NCBI GenBank assembly: GCA_041650915.1
Contig: JBAZKE010000003.1
Span: 85,226 to 149,225 of the forward strand
DNA length: 64,000 nt
Direction of reading: 5' to 3'
DNA from: Patescibacteria group bacterium
GTDB taxonomy: Bacteria > Patescibacteriota > Patescibacteriia > UBA10025 > JAHIVO01
Below, piece by piece: positions 10,232-19,092 of this stretch (position 1 is its first letter; each line of letters begins with the position of its first letter). A program made the position numbers and the translations under genes. The notes under the pieces were generated by a model. It searched no databases. It worked only from the letters and a program-made list of their open reading frames with translations, and was not told the DNA's origin.

Positions 10232-11695
10232 ATGGAGACCAGGACACATCAGCATGGCATCGCGCTCCTCTATTCGCTCCTCGTGATTTCACTCTTTACG
10301 GCTATCGCGATTACCATCTCAATCATCGTCATCAATGAGCTCAAGCTCACCGCCAGCTCGACCGATGCGACGGTCGCATACTATGCGGCGGAGTCCGGCA
10401 TTGAACGGGGTCTCCATACCGTGCAGCTCGCGCGCGCTGATTCCACGAAGACGCTCCAGGATGCGGTTGATGAGGTTGGGCAGCTCAGCGCAGACCTCGA
10501 CTGGAGCAAAGCCAGCTATACCGATGAGGACAGCCAGAAGGCGACGTCGCGCATTGAGCACGTTGAGGTCAAGGAGTATGAGTACATACAGGCTGACTAC
10601 TATGACGTAAGCAGCCCGCTGGATCCAACAGACGGCGTGGTCGTCAGGACGCTCATGGTCGTCAATGGCGATGGAATAACCAATCCCGACGCGGCTTCGT
10701 ACGCAGAGGTTTCGTGGACGGCGTGGAACAGCAACGGCTTGCTCGAGTCGTCAGCGAGCGCCCGCAAGGTCATCGGGCCGTCTGATCTCGAGGAGGGGTG
10801 GACGCTCGATTTGCAGGCGCCATACTCGGACACCTTTATTCCCGTCGGGTACCGCGTCAGGGTCAAGGCCCTCCTCGGCGATTTGTCGGACGTAACGCTG
10901 ACTCCCCGGAAGGCTGACGGCAATGAGCTGTCGGATGATGAGCTCCCGTCCCAGCTGCAGATCAAATCAATCGGGACGTACAGGAATTTCAAGCAGTCGC
11001 TCACCGCTACCGTTCCGTGGAAGGTGCCGCTCTTCGGGCTGTATGACTACGTGCTGTTCAGCGAGAGCACTATTTTGAAAGATATCGTCCTGAGCGCGCC
11101 GACATACTCGTCCGGCGTTATCCATCCGGAAGCAAACATACCGACCAATCAGATGTGCAATCTATCGCCCTGCGACGGCAGCTGTGAATCGACTTGGGAT
11201 TGGCAGGGGTGGTGCCCGTCCGGGTCAACGCGGATGGCATGCTACGGTTCGGCGCAGGGAGCATACCCGCCGTTTCCTCCCGGGACGTGCGCGATGGGGG
11301 CAGAGTTAGAAATGTACGGTTTTGTCCTGCCGATGCCCGATACCGTGCCCCAGGGTGATGAGTACTACGTTTCGCTGAGAATGCACTACCACTATAACAA
11401 TGCCCTGAGCGATGGCCAGGATCGCGACCTCTCGGTGAGCATCAGCGGCCAGTCAATCATCGTCAATGACCAGAAACCTGGAGAGACCGAGGTATGGCAT
11501 ACGTGCACGATTCCGGAAACGTTTTCGCTTGGCGACCCCGCGCTTCCGGAAACGGATCAGTCGCGCACGATCGAGTTTGCGGTACACCCGTATGGAGACG
11601 AGACGGTACCCGGGACCGGGTGGGAAGCGGAGGATTTTATTACGGTAGATTGGTACCAGCTGAGCACGTACAAGGTATTCCCCGACTGTGAATAG
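10232..11695 (+). CDS. PilX-like minor pilin with large C-terminal domain
   Basis: HG/IALLYSLL without Glu5, AYYAAESGIE PilX-type motif. Confidence 0.8.
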   Translation: METRTHQHGIALLYSLLVISLFTAIAITISIIVINELKLTASSTDATVAYYAAESGIERGLHTVQLARADSTKTLQDAVDEVGQLSADLDWSKASYTDEDSQKATSRIEHVEVKEYEYIQADYYDVSSPLDPTDGVVVRTLMVVNGDGITNPDAASYAEVSWTAWNSNGLLESSASARKVIGPSDLEEGWTLDLQAPYSDTFIPVGYRVRVKALLGDLSDVTLTPRKADGNELSDDELPSQLQIKSIGTYRNFKQSLTATVPWKVPLFGLYDYVLFSESTILKDIVLSAPTYSSGVIHPEANIPTNQMCNLSPCDGSCESTWDWQGWCPSGSTRMACYGSAQGAYPPFPPGTCAMGAELEMYGFVLPMPDTVPQGDEYYVSLRMHYHYNNALSDGQDRDLSVSISGQSIIVNDQKPGETEVWHTCTIPETFSLGDPALPETDQSRTIEFAVHPYGDETVPGTGWEAEDFITVDWYQLSTYKVFPDCE

Positions 11696-11707
11696 TTATA
11701 ATCTATT

Positions 11708-13735
11708 ATGAATAAAGAGGAGGCTAAACTTCGCATTCAGAAGCTGCGGAAAGAAATACAGCACCACCGGTACCTGTATCACGTACTGGACCGACAGGAG
11801 ATTTCTGATGCTGCGCTGGATTCTCTCAAGCACGAGCTCGTACGGCTCGAGCAGAGTTACCCTGATTTGATTACGGCTGAATCTCCGACCCAGCGCGTCG
11901 GCGGAAAACCGCTCGGAAAATTTGAAAAAGTCGACCATGCAACCCGCATGCTGTCGCTCAACGACGTATTCAGCGCCGAGGAGGTGGCTGAGTGGGAGGC
12001 GAGGATTATGAAGCTCATCGGCAAGAAGCCCGCCTACTATGCGGAGCTCAAGGTCGACGGACTCGCACTGAGCCTCGTCTACATGGACGGCCTCCTCACG
12101 AGGGCTGCTACCCGCGGTGACGGCAGGGTCGGCGAGAACGTAACGGTAAACGCGAGGACGATTGAAGCGATCCCGCTGCGCCTCAGGCGGTCAGAACGCA
12201 TCAAGCACGCCGGCGTTATCGAGGTCCGCGGTGAGGTGTACATGCTGAAAAAGCACTTCGACGAGCTCAACCGGAAGCAGAAGGAAAGAGGTGAACAGCT
12301 CTTTGCGAATCCCCGCAATGCTGCTGCCGGGAGCGTGCGCCAGCTCGATTCTGCCGTTACGGCATCCAGGAAGCTCTCATTTATTGCATACGATCTCATT
12401 ACTGAATCTGGTTTTTCGAAGCATAGCCAAGAGCACGAAGTGCTCGCTGATCTGGGTTTCAACAGCGGCATACGGTACAATAAGATATGCCGGACGCTCG
12501 ATGAGGTCGGCGTTTACCATCAGCAGACCATGAAGCAGCGGAATGCGCTCGCTTTTTGGGTCGATGGCATCGTTGTTTCGGTCGATGACAACGAGCTGTA
12601 TAAACAACTTGGCACGGTAGGAAAGGCGCCGCGCGGCGCGATCGCGTATAAATATCCCGCTGAGCAGGCAACGACGATCGTGGAGGACATACAGGTCCAG
12701 GTCGGCCGAACCGGGGCGCTGACGCCAGTCGCTCACCTGAAACCGGTGTCAATCGCCGGCTCTACCGTCTCACGTGCAACACTGCACAATATCGATGAGA
12801 TTGAACGGCTCGGCGTCCGCATTGGCGACACGGTCATTCTGGAAAAAGCGGGCGATATCATTCCGGATATTGTCGAAGTGCTCCCTAAGCTCCGTAACGG
12901 CAAGGAGAAAAAGTTTTCCATGCCAAAGAAATGCCCGGTTTGCGGATCTGCCGTGCAGAGGAAGCAGGGCGAGGTTGCGTCTTACTGTTCGAATAAAAAC
13001 TGCTATGCACAGCAGCATGAGGGGTTGCGCCACTTTATTTCGAAGAAAGCGTTTGATATCGACGGGCTCGGCCCGAAGGTGCTCGAGCAGCTGTTTAAGG
13101 CGGATCTCGTCAAGAGCGCGCCCGATCTATTCGACCTGACTGAAAACGACCTGCGGCCGCTCGAGCGGTTTGCGGACAAGTCAGCTGAGAACCTGGTTGC
13201 CGCGATCCGCCATTCCAAAAAAGTTTCACTGTCAAGATTTATTTTCGCGCTCGGCATCAGGCACGTCGGGGAGGAAACCGCTCTTGCCCTCGCCACGGCG
13301 TACAAAAGCATTGGCGCCCTATCGCGCGCAAGTAAAATTCAACTGGAAAAAATACCTGATATCGGCGCCACGGTCGCACAGAGTATTGTCGATTTTTTCA
13401 ATGATAACGAAAAGCTGAAGTTTATCCGGGAGTTAACGGAGAGGGTGAGGATAATCCACGCTCCACCCGTTAGTCTGGTTTCAGGTCACGTGCTGTCCGG
13501 CAAGAGAGTCGTGATTTCCGGTACCTTCCAGTTCGCAGGCAGGGAGGAGATAAAAGAAAAGCTACGTTCGGCCGGTGCAAAAGTGTCGAGTAGCTTGTCC
13601 CAGAATACGGATTATTTTTTCGTTGGCAAAGATCCGGGAGAATCAAAAATTAAAAAAGCAAAAGAGTTGGGAATACATGAGAGCACTGAATCGGAACTGC
13701 GGAGATTAGTTGGAGAAACATCATCAATACAATAA
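11708..13735 (+). CDS. ligA: NAD-dependent DNA ligase
   Basis: ELKVDG adenylation motif, TRGDG, NPRNAAAGS, zinc finger, HhH, BRCT. Confidence 0.98.
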   Translation: MNKEEAKLRIQKLRKEIQHHRYLYHVLDRQEISDAALDSLKHELVRLEQSYPDLITAESPTQRVGGKPLGKFEKVDHATRMLSLNDVFSAEEVAEWEARIMKLIGKKPAYYAELKVDGLALSLVYMDGLLTRAATRGDGRVGENVTVNARTIEAIPLRLRRSERIKHAGVIEVRGEVYMLKKHFDELNRKQKERGEQLFANPRNAAAGSVRQLDSAVTASRKLSFIAYDLITESGFSKHSQEHEVLADLGFNSGIRYNKICRTLDEVGVYHQQTMKQRNALAFWVDGIVVSVDDNELYKQLGTVGKAPRGAIAYKYPAEQATTIVEDIQVQVGRTGALTPVAHLKPVSIAGSTVSRATLHNIDEIERLGVRIGDTVILEKAGDIIPDIVEVLPKLRNGKEKKFSMPKKCPVCGSAVQRKQGEVASYCSNKNCYAQQHEGLRHFISKKAFDIDGLGPKVLEQLFKADLVKSAPDLFDLTENDLRPLERFADKSAENLVAAIRHSKKVSLSRFIFALGIRHVGEETALALATAYKSIGALSRASKIQLEKIPDIGATVAQSIVDFFNDNEKLKFIRELTERVRIIHAPPVSLVSGHVLSGKRVVISGTFQFAGREEIKEKLRSAGAKVSSSLSQNTDYFFVGKDPGESKIKKAKELGIHESTESELRRLVGETSSIQ

Positions 13736-13737
13736 AA

Positions 13738-13945
13738 GGAACCCCGGCATTGTCGCGCTGTTCCTTTTTATGGTTGAACTGCCTGGACTAACACCGGGGT
13801 TTATTTGCACTGTGGTTTGAGAAGCGTGCTGCATGCCAGCGGAGGGGGGGGATCCGAAGATAACTTCGGACGCCAGACAGAGTCCGGCACGCTAGCGGTG
13901 CCACATACTCCTCTCCCCACAGTTTTTCTGATCAAAAGGACATAG
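13738..13945 (-). ncRNA. Structured ncRNA candidate, 6S RNA-like
   Basis: Minus-strand TTGACA (13978-13973) N16 TAGTAT promoter, long rod with G-U pairs favouring the minus strand, 3' hairpin plus T-run. Confidence 0.5.
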
Positions 13946-14053
13946 AGCATATACTAGCTGATTGGCCGCAGCTGTCAATTCCGCAGATTTCGGGTATTGT
14001 GGATAACTGCGGCGGCATTTGTTTTTGGATATTCGCGGTGCTATACTTTGAGT

Positions 14054-14341
14054 ATGGAATTTACAGAGCACGACGTAGAAAAGCTCGCTGGCCTGGCAAG
14101 AATTGAGCTGACAGAACAGCAGAAGCGCACCTTCAGCAAACAGATCGCTTCAATTTTAGATTACGTGCGCCAGGTGCAAGAGGTCGATACAAGCGGGGCA
14201 AGAACGAGTGAAGGCAACTACCGCAAGATCGAATCGCTCCGTACGGATGCGGTATCCCAAACAAAGGAGCAGGAAGAAATCGTAAGGCAGTTCCCCGATC
14301 GGCTCGGCAACCTAAATAAAGTAAGGCGCGTTTTCGATTAG
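14054..14341 (+). CDS. gatC: Asp/Glu-tRNA amidotransferase subunit C
   Basis: VEKLAGLARIEL, ILDYV, LRTD; directly upstream of gatA. Confidence 0.92.
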   Translation: MEFTEHDVEKLAGLARIELTEQQKRTFSKQIASILDYVRQVQEVDTSGARTSEGNYRKIESLRTDAVSQTKEQEEIVRQFPDRLGNLNKVRRVFD

Positions 14342-14344
14342 CGT

Positions 14345-15814
14345 ATGGAACTCAATGAGTTGAGCATTGCCGCAGCGCACGACGGCCTCGCCAAAAGAAA
14401 ATTTTCTTCAAAAGAAATAACCCAGTCGTGCTTAGACCAGATTGCACAGCACGATAAAAAAGTTGCGGCATTCCTCAACGTCGATGCGGAAGGCGCGCTT
14501 GCGCAAGCAGCGGACGCTGATGGGCGCATCGCTGCAGGCACGCCTGGCGCGCTGTGTGGCATACCGATCGCACTGAAGGACCTCATTCTGCAGAAGGGAA
14601 CCGTTACGACCGGCGGTTCAAAAATACTTGAAAAGTATACCGCAACGTACGATGCGACCGTGGTGAGCAAGCTCGCCGAAACCCGCGCAGTTTTTATCGG
14701 CAAGACAAACCTCGACGAGTTCGCGATGGGCTCTTCGACCGAGAATTCGGCATTTCAGAAGACAAAAAATCCATGGAACCTCGAGCGGGTGCCGGGCGGG
14801 TCTTCGGGCGGCTCGGCTGCTGCCGTTGCGGCGGATATGTGCCTCGGTGCGCTCGGAACGGATACGGGTGGGTCCGTGCGCCAGCCCGCATCGCTCTGCG
14901 GCATCGTCGGCCTCAAGCCGACGTACGGCAGTGTATCACGGTACGGCATCATCGCGATGGCGTCTTCCCTCGATCAGGTCGGGCCGATGGCCAAGACAGT
15001 CAGGGATGCAGCGCTCCTCTTTAACGTGATCGCAGGCAAGGATGCGCACGACAGTACGACCGTAAAGCTAAAGCCTGTCGACCTGGAGGCGCTCGAGCGG
15101 GGCATAAACGGTATCGCGATTGGGATTCCCGATGAGTACTTTATCGAAGGAATGGATGCGGGCGTGCAGGAGAGCGTTGAGCGTGCTATCGAAAAACTCA
15201 GAGAGCTCGGCGCGCGCGTCAGTACCGTCAGCCTGCCGCTGACCAGGTACGCCCTCGCCGTCTACCAGCTGACGATGACCTCTGAGGTGTCTACGAATCT
15301 CGCGCGGTACGACGGGATCCGGTACGGGCACTCGGCGGTGTCTGGCGCCGGAACGCCACCGGCGGATCTCATTGAAGTGTATCGGAAGTCGAAGGCCGCC
15401 GGTTTCGGGGACGAGGCAAAGCGCCGGATTATCCTCGGAACATTCGCGCTCTCAGCCGGGTACCACGACCAGTACTACGTCAAGGCGCAGCAGGTGCGGA
15501 AGATGATCGAAAGGGAATTTACGGACGTTTTTAAGAGTGTTGACTGCCTCATCACGCCGACTTCGCCGAGCGTCGCGTTTAAGGTCGGAGAGCGGTACGC
15601 AGATCCGCTCACGATGTACCTGTCCGATATTTATACGGTGCCGGCGAATATGGGTAACATTTGCGGCATTTCAGTTCCGTGCGGCTTTGTTGGCGGGTTG
15701 CCGGTGGGCCTGCAGGTGCTGGCGAAACCATTCGATGAAGCGACGCTCTTCCGTGTAGCGCGCGCCTACGAGCAGGCAACTGAGTGGCATGCGCGGCGCC
15801 CCCAGCTCAATTGA
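14345..15814 (+). CDS. gatA: Asp/Glu-tRNA amidotransferase subunit A
   Basis: GKTNLDEFAMGSS, PGGSSGGS, GTDTGGSVRQPA, RYDGIRYG. Confidence 0.97.
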   Translation: MELNELSIAAAHDGLAKRKFSSKEITQSCLDQIAQHDKKVAAFLNVDAEGALAQAADADGRIAAGTPGALCGIPIALKDLILQKGTVTTGGSKILEKYTATYDATVVSKLAETRAVFIGKTNLDEFAMGSSTENSAFQKTKNPWNLERVPGGSSGGSAAAVAADMCLGALGTDTGGSVRQPASLCGIVGLKPTYGSVSRYGIIAMASSLDQVGPMAKTVRDAALLFNVIAGKDAHDSTTVKLKPVDLEALERGINGIAIGIPDEYFIEGMDAGVQESVERAIEKLRELGARVSTVSLPLTRYALAVYQLTMTSEVSTNLARYDGIRYGHSAVSGAGTPPADLIEVYRKSKAAGFGDEAKRRIILGTFALSAGYHDQYYVKAQQVRKMIEREFTDVFKSVDCLITPTSPSVAFKVGERYADPLTMYLSDIYTVPANMGNICGISVPCGFVGGLPVGLQVLAKPFDEATLFRVARAYEQATEWHARRPQLN

Positions 15815-15868
15815 CAAATCCGCCGATATTTTATACGATGTACCTAACACAACTAATAAAAAATCATT

Positions 15869-16300
15869 ATGGCAAAGGATAAGAGCAAGGAAACGATAAA
15901 AGATTTGAACGGTAAGTTTAATTCAAAGATTCTGCTTGTCGAGGACGACAAGATGCTCGCTGACATGTATATCACGAAGTTTACGAAAGAAGGACTCAAG
16001 GTGATGCGCGCGGAAGATGGCGCACAGGGCCTCGCGATGGCCAAGAAAGAAAAGCCTGATCTCGTGTTGCTCGATATCATCATGCCGAAACTGGACGGTT
16101 TTGCGGTGCTTAAAGAGCTGAAGCAGGATCCGAATACCCAGAATACCCACGTGCTGCTGCTCACCAACCTCGGCCAGTCGGAAGACGTCGAGAAGGGCAA
16201 AGAACTTGGCGCTGATGACTACTTTATCAAGGCAAACCACACGCCGGCGGAAATCGTTGAGAAGGTGCGGTACATGCTCACTAAAAAAATGCAGGAATAA
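15869..16300 (+). CDS. Single-domain response regulator (receiver only)
   Basis: LLVEDD, LLDIIMP, LLTNLGQ; close paralog of 603..995. Confidence 0.92.
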   Translation: MAKDKSKETIKDLNGKFNSKILLVEDDKMLADMYITKFTKEGLKVMRAEDGAQGLAMAKKEKPDLVLLDIIMPKLDGFAVLKELKQDPNTQNTHVLLLTNLGQSEDVEKGKELGADDYFIKANHTPAEIVEKVRYMLTKKMQE

Positions 16301-16303
16301 ATT

Positions 16304-16906
16304 ATGAAGATGAAAGCAGACCCGCGGAAAGAACGCACGGTTGTTTTACTGAAGCCAGACGCAATCAAGCGCGGCCTGGCAGGAGAGATACTCACTCGCT
16401 TTGAAAAAGCGGGCTTTAAGATCGCTGCCCTCAAGATGGTTCACGTCAATGCCGACCTTGTCGCCAAGCACTACCCCGATAACAGGGAGTACCTTGCGCT
16501 CGTCGGCGGAAAGACGCTCAAGACGTACGAGGAGTACGGCATGGATCCCGGTGAGGAGCTCGGAACGAAGGACGCATACGAAATCGGAAAGATGGTGCGC
16601 ACGTGGAACATGGAATTTTTAAGCTCGGGGCCCGTCATCGCAATCCTGCTCCAGGGCATCCACGCGGTCGATGCCGTCCGCATGATGGTAGGCAATACGC
16701 TTCCCCGGTTTGCCCAGCCTGGCACGATCCGCGGTGATTACTCGCTCGATTCACCTATCCTCGCGAATATGCAGAAGCGGACGGTCAAGAACATGATTCA
16801 CGCATCGGGTACGGTTGAGGAGGCACAGTTCGAGGCTGAACTCTGGTTTCGCAAGAATGAGATTCATGAGTACAAGCGGGCTGACGAAGAGATTATGTTT
16901 GAATAG
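16304..16906 (+). CDS. ndk: Nucleoside diphosphate kinase
   Basis: ERTVVLLKPD, PGTIRGDY, NMIHAS catalytic His. Confidence 0.95.
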   Translation: MKMKADPRKERTVVLLKPDAIKRGLAGEILTRFEKAGFKIAALKMVHVNADLVAKHYPDNREYLALVGGKTLKTYEEYGMDPGEELGTKDAYEIGKMVRTWNMEFLSSGPVIAILLQGIHAVDAVRMMVGNTLPRFAQPGTIRGDYSLDSPILANMQKRTVKNMIHASGTVEEAQFEAELWFRKNEIHEYKRADEEIMFE

Positions 16907-16947
16907 GGCTTGACGCCGTTGCCGGTTTTAGTATACTTGTATACATT

Positions 16948-17064
16948 ATGGAAGCTGTAAATTGCCTGAAAGCGCATCTGGGCAGTAAAACATACACCGT
17001 AATCGGTGCCTTCTTTGTGATTAGCATTATCGTTATTATTAGCGGCTTACTGGTTAGCTTGTAG
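16948..17064 (+). CDS. Small membrane protein, 38 aa (not in ORF track)
   Basis: MEAVNCLKAHLGSKTYTVIGAFFVISIIVIISGLLVSL; TTGACG..TATACT promoter upstream and hairpin plus T-run downstream. Confidence 0.5.
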   Translation: MEAVNCLKAHLGSKTYTVIGAFFVISIIVIISGLLVSL

Positions 17065-17261
17065 TTCAACTCTCAGGAAGAAGTACAGACTAGCCGGTAA
17101 GCGGCTCGTTTTTTTAATATGAGGCACAACCAGAGGTTTTTCTTTATGAGCCCCTTTTTCATTAAGGATCGCCTTGTCCAGACGTGAAGTCGAAGATTCG
17201 ATGTTTCTTGAAAAATACAAAAAGTGCAACAGAAATAAAAACAGCAGATTGGAGGTTATGT

Positions 17262-17480
17262 ATGCTCGGAATGGGTTTGGATAACTGCGGTTCGTTTGCA
17301 CCGCTGCCGGTTGAAGAACGCATTGTTGCCGATTCTCCTGCTCAGCTCAAGCAGACACTCGTTGGGCGGAATGAATTTCATGAAGCCAGCTTGCGCGTTT
17401 CCCCTGAGACACTCCTCAGGTTAATCGAGCTCTTGCCGGCTGATGGTCCCGTAGACGTATGTTTGATTACGAGGCGTTAA
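17262..17480 (+). CDS. Hypothetical protein, 72 aa
   Basis: GGAGG at 17251, terminator-like hairpin at about 17512-17553. Confidence 0.55.
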   Translation: MLGMGLDNCGSFAPLPVEERIVADSPAQLKQTLVGRNEFHEASLRVSPETLLRLIELLPADGPVDVCLITRR

Positions 17481-17582
17481 CCGTGCCAGGCATCTCCGTA
17501 CCCATCATGGCAAAGTCCCAGCGGCGCCGTCCTGCTGCTGGGGCTTTTCTTTTTCTCCCGGTATGCTATACTCATTGCCAGT

Positions 17583-17705
17583 ATGCAACCGCACAGTGAT
17601 GCACAGCCAATCCAGAAAAAGAACCTGAAAGCACAGGCTGCATTTATCGTTGCCCGGAAGGATGGCAAGAAGCGAACGGCGAGCCCGCTGGTGGTTGGTT
17701 TGTAG
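17583..17705 (+). CDS. Small basic hypothetical protein, 40 aa (not in ORF track)
   Basis: MQPHSDAQPIQKKNLKAQAAFIVARKDGKKRTASPLVVGL; TGCTATACT upstream, terminator at about 17730-17757. Confidence 0.4.
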   Translation: MQPHSDAQPIQKKNLKAQAAFIVARKDGKKRTASPLVVGL

Positions 17706-17813
17706 ATAGTACAGTCGAGAGCATTTACAGACGAGCCATCAGTAGGCTCGTTTTTTTGCATTGAAAAACATACTGAAAATAAAAACAGAATCAACTTTTT
17801 GGAGGATTCAAAC

Positions 17814-18077
17814 ATGGCACGTTTTATCATCGATTCGATCGGCTTTGAAGGTGAGGGCTTCGGCAGCGAGTGCGTGATAGCGTTCGGCAGCGGTTCAGGT
17901 TCGTTCCGATTCGGCGGCGGACGGGTTATTTCGCAGATCGTCCAACTGGTCGTCGGCACGGAGGGCGGTTCAATCGAGCTCGAGGGTGAGTACGGCGCGG
18001 TCATATGCGTCAGTGAAGCCCAAAAAGCTGAGATCGAGCGCTGGGCGAACCGGTACGGCACCTGCTGCGGTTACTGA
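17814..18077 (+). CDS. Hypothetical Gly-rich protein, 87 aa
   Basis: GGAGG at 17801, terminator downstream. Confidence 0.6.
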   Translation: MARFIIDSIGFEGEGFGSECVIAFGSGSGSFRFGGGRVISQIVQLVVGTEGGSIELEGEYGAVICVSEAQKAEIERWANRYGTCCGY

Positions 18078-18097
18078 TATTTTCACTTCAAAGCTCT

Positions 18098-18125
18098 GAG
18101 GCTCCCTTTCGGGGGAGCCTTTTTT
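18098..18125 (+). terminator. Intrinsic terminator
   Basis: AGGCTCCC-TTTCGG-GGGAGCCT plus T-run. Confidence 0.8.
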
Positions 18126-18240
18126 ATTGCAAATGGCGCCATAAAAGCTATAATGAGTGTAAGTAATAACACAACGGGGTGTGGCCCCGCATCATTCACT
18201 CTGTTCAGATGCGGGGTAAAGGTGCTTTATCTGTTACGTT

Positions 18241-18341
18241 ATTATGAGCTTAATCGGGGATTAGCGCAGTTGGCTAGCGCGCATGCATGGGGTGCATGAG
18301 GTCACCGGTTCAAGTCCGGTATCCCCGATTAAGCTCATAAT
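18241..18341. repeat. Perfect 14-bp inverted repeat enclosing tRNA-Pro
   Basis: ATTATGAGCTTAAT (18241-18254) and ATTAAGCTCATAAT (18328-18341). Confidence 0.95.
18255..18328 (+). tRNA. tRNA-Pro(GGG), CCA not encoded
   Basis: Cloverleaf: CGGGGAT/ATCCCCG acceptor, CATGC-ATGGGGT-GCATG anticodon arm, GGTTCAAGTCC T arm. Confidence 0.96.
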
Positions 18342-18535
18342 GGAGTGCGTGCCTGTCCCGTACCCGGACGAAGTGGGCGGTGTAGGGAGGTTGTAGGTTT
18401 CCCGCTGCTTGGATCGCGTCGAGACTTGAAGGTCGAGCGGTGCGGAAACCGCCGCGAGACTAGGGCCGCAGGGAAGCACATAGCCTGGGCCAAGCCGCAG
18501 GGTGACGCCACTCCCGTATCCCTACCGTACGGAGG
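18342..18535 (+). ncRNA. Unclassified structured RNA candidate
   Basis: GGAGTG/CACTCC closing stem, nested long-range helices with G-U pairs on the + strand, terminal hairpin plus T-run. Confidence 0.45.
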
Positions 18536-18666
18536 TTGTTTTTGTAGTGGGATTGCATCAGATGCAGGAATATGCTATAGTAATCAATTCCTTGTGTATC
18601 CTGTTGTTCTTTGACAGGGAAATCGGCTAACACATGAGGAGAGGGCTCTTTTTTTAAGGAGGCACT

Positions 18667-19092
18667 ATGCCAATGTCAGGTCGTTTCAAGACCCGCCAGG
18701 AAGAACTGGATTATCTGCAGCACCTGAGTGATATTGGTTTTTATCGCGAAGAAGGCCGCAACGGCGAGATTATTTATTGGTTGCGTTTTTATTTGGAGCC
18801 GCCTGAAAACAAGCCTGTCTGCGAAGTGCGAATAGCAATGGAATGGAGGTTCATTAGCCGTGACGATTGTCCGGAAAAGGAAGGCTTTTTTGGGGTGAAG
18901 CTCGCGGTTGGAGACGCCGAACACGACTGCCAGTATGTGGCGCGTTACGATACGCTGTATGAGTATTCGCCGCCATCCCCGTACCACCAGTTAGTGCTCG
19001 GCCAGAGGGTGTATGCCTTGTTCATGAGATGGGTCCGCGGCGAGATCGTTGAGTTCGTCTGGCGGCGAGGCGATGAACTGCCGGAGCGGTAG
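18667..19092 (+). CDS. Hypothetical protein
   Basis: AAGGAGG SD, TGCTATAGT -10 upstream, terminator at 19155-19189. Confidence 0.7.
   Translation: MPMSGRFKTRQEELDYLQHLSDIGFYREEGRNGEIIYWLRFYLEPPENKPVCEVRIAMEWRFISRDDCPEKEGFFGVKLAVGDAEHDCQYVARYDTLYEYSPPSPYHQLVLGQRVYALFMRWVRGEIVEFVWRRGDELPER

Noticed and set aside
18460-18480. GCAGGGAAGCA read as SRP RNA domain IV
   Set aside because: It lacks the CAGG-stem-GNRA-stem-AGCA spacing, so the RNA is left unclassified.
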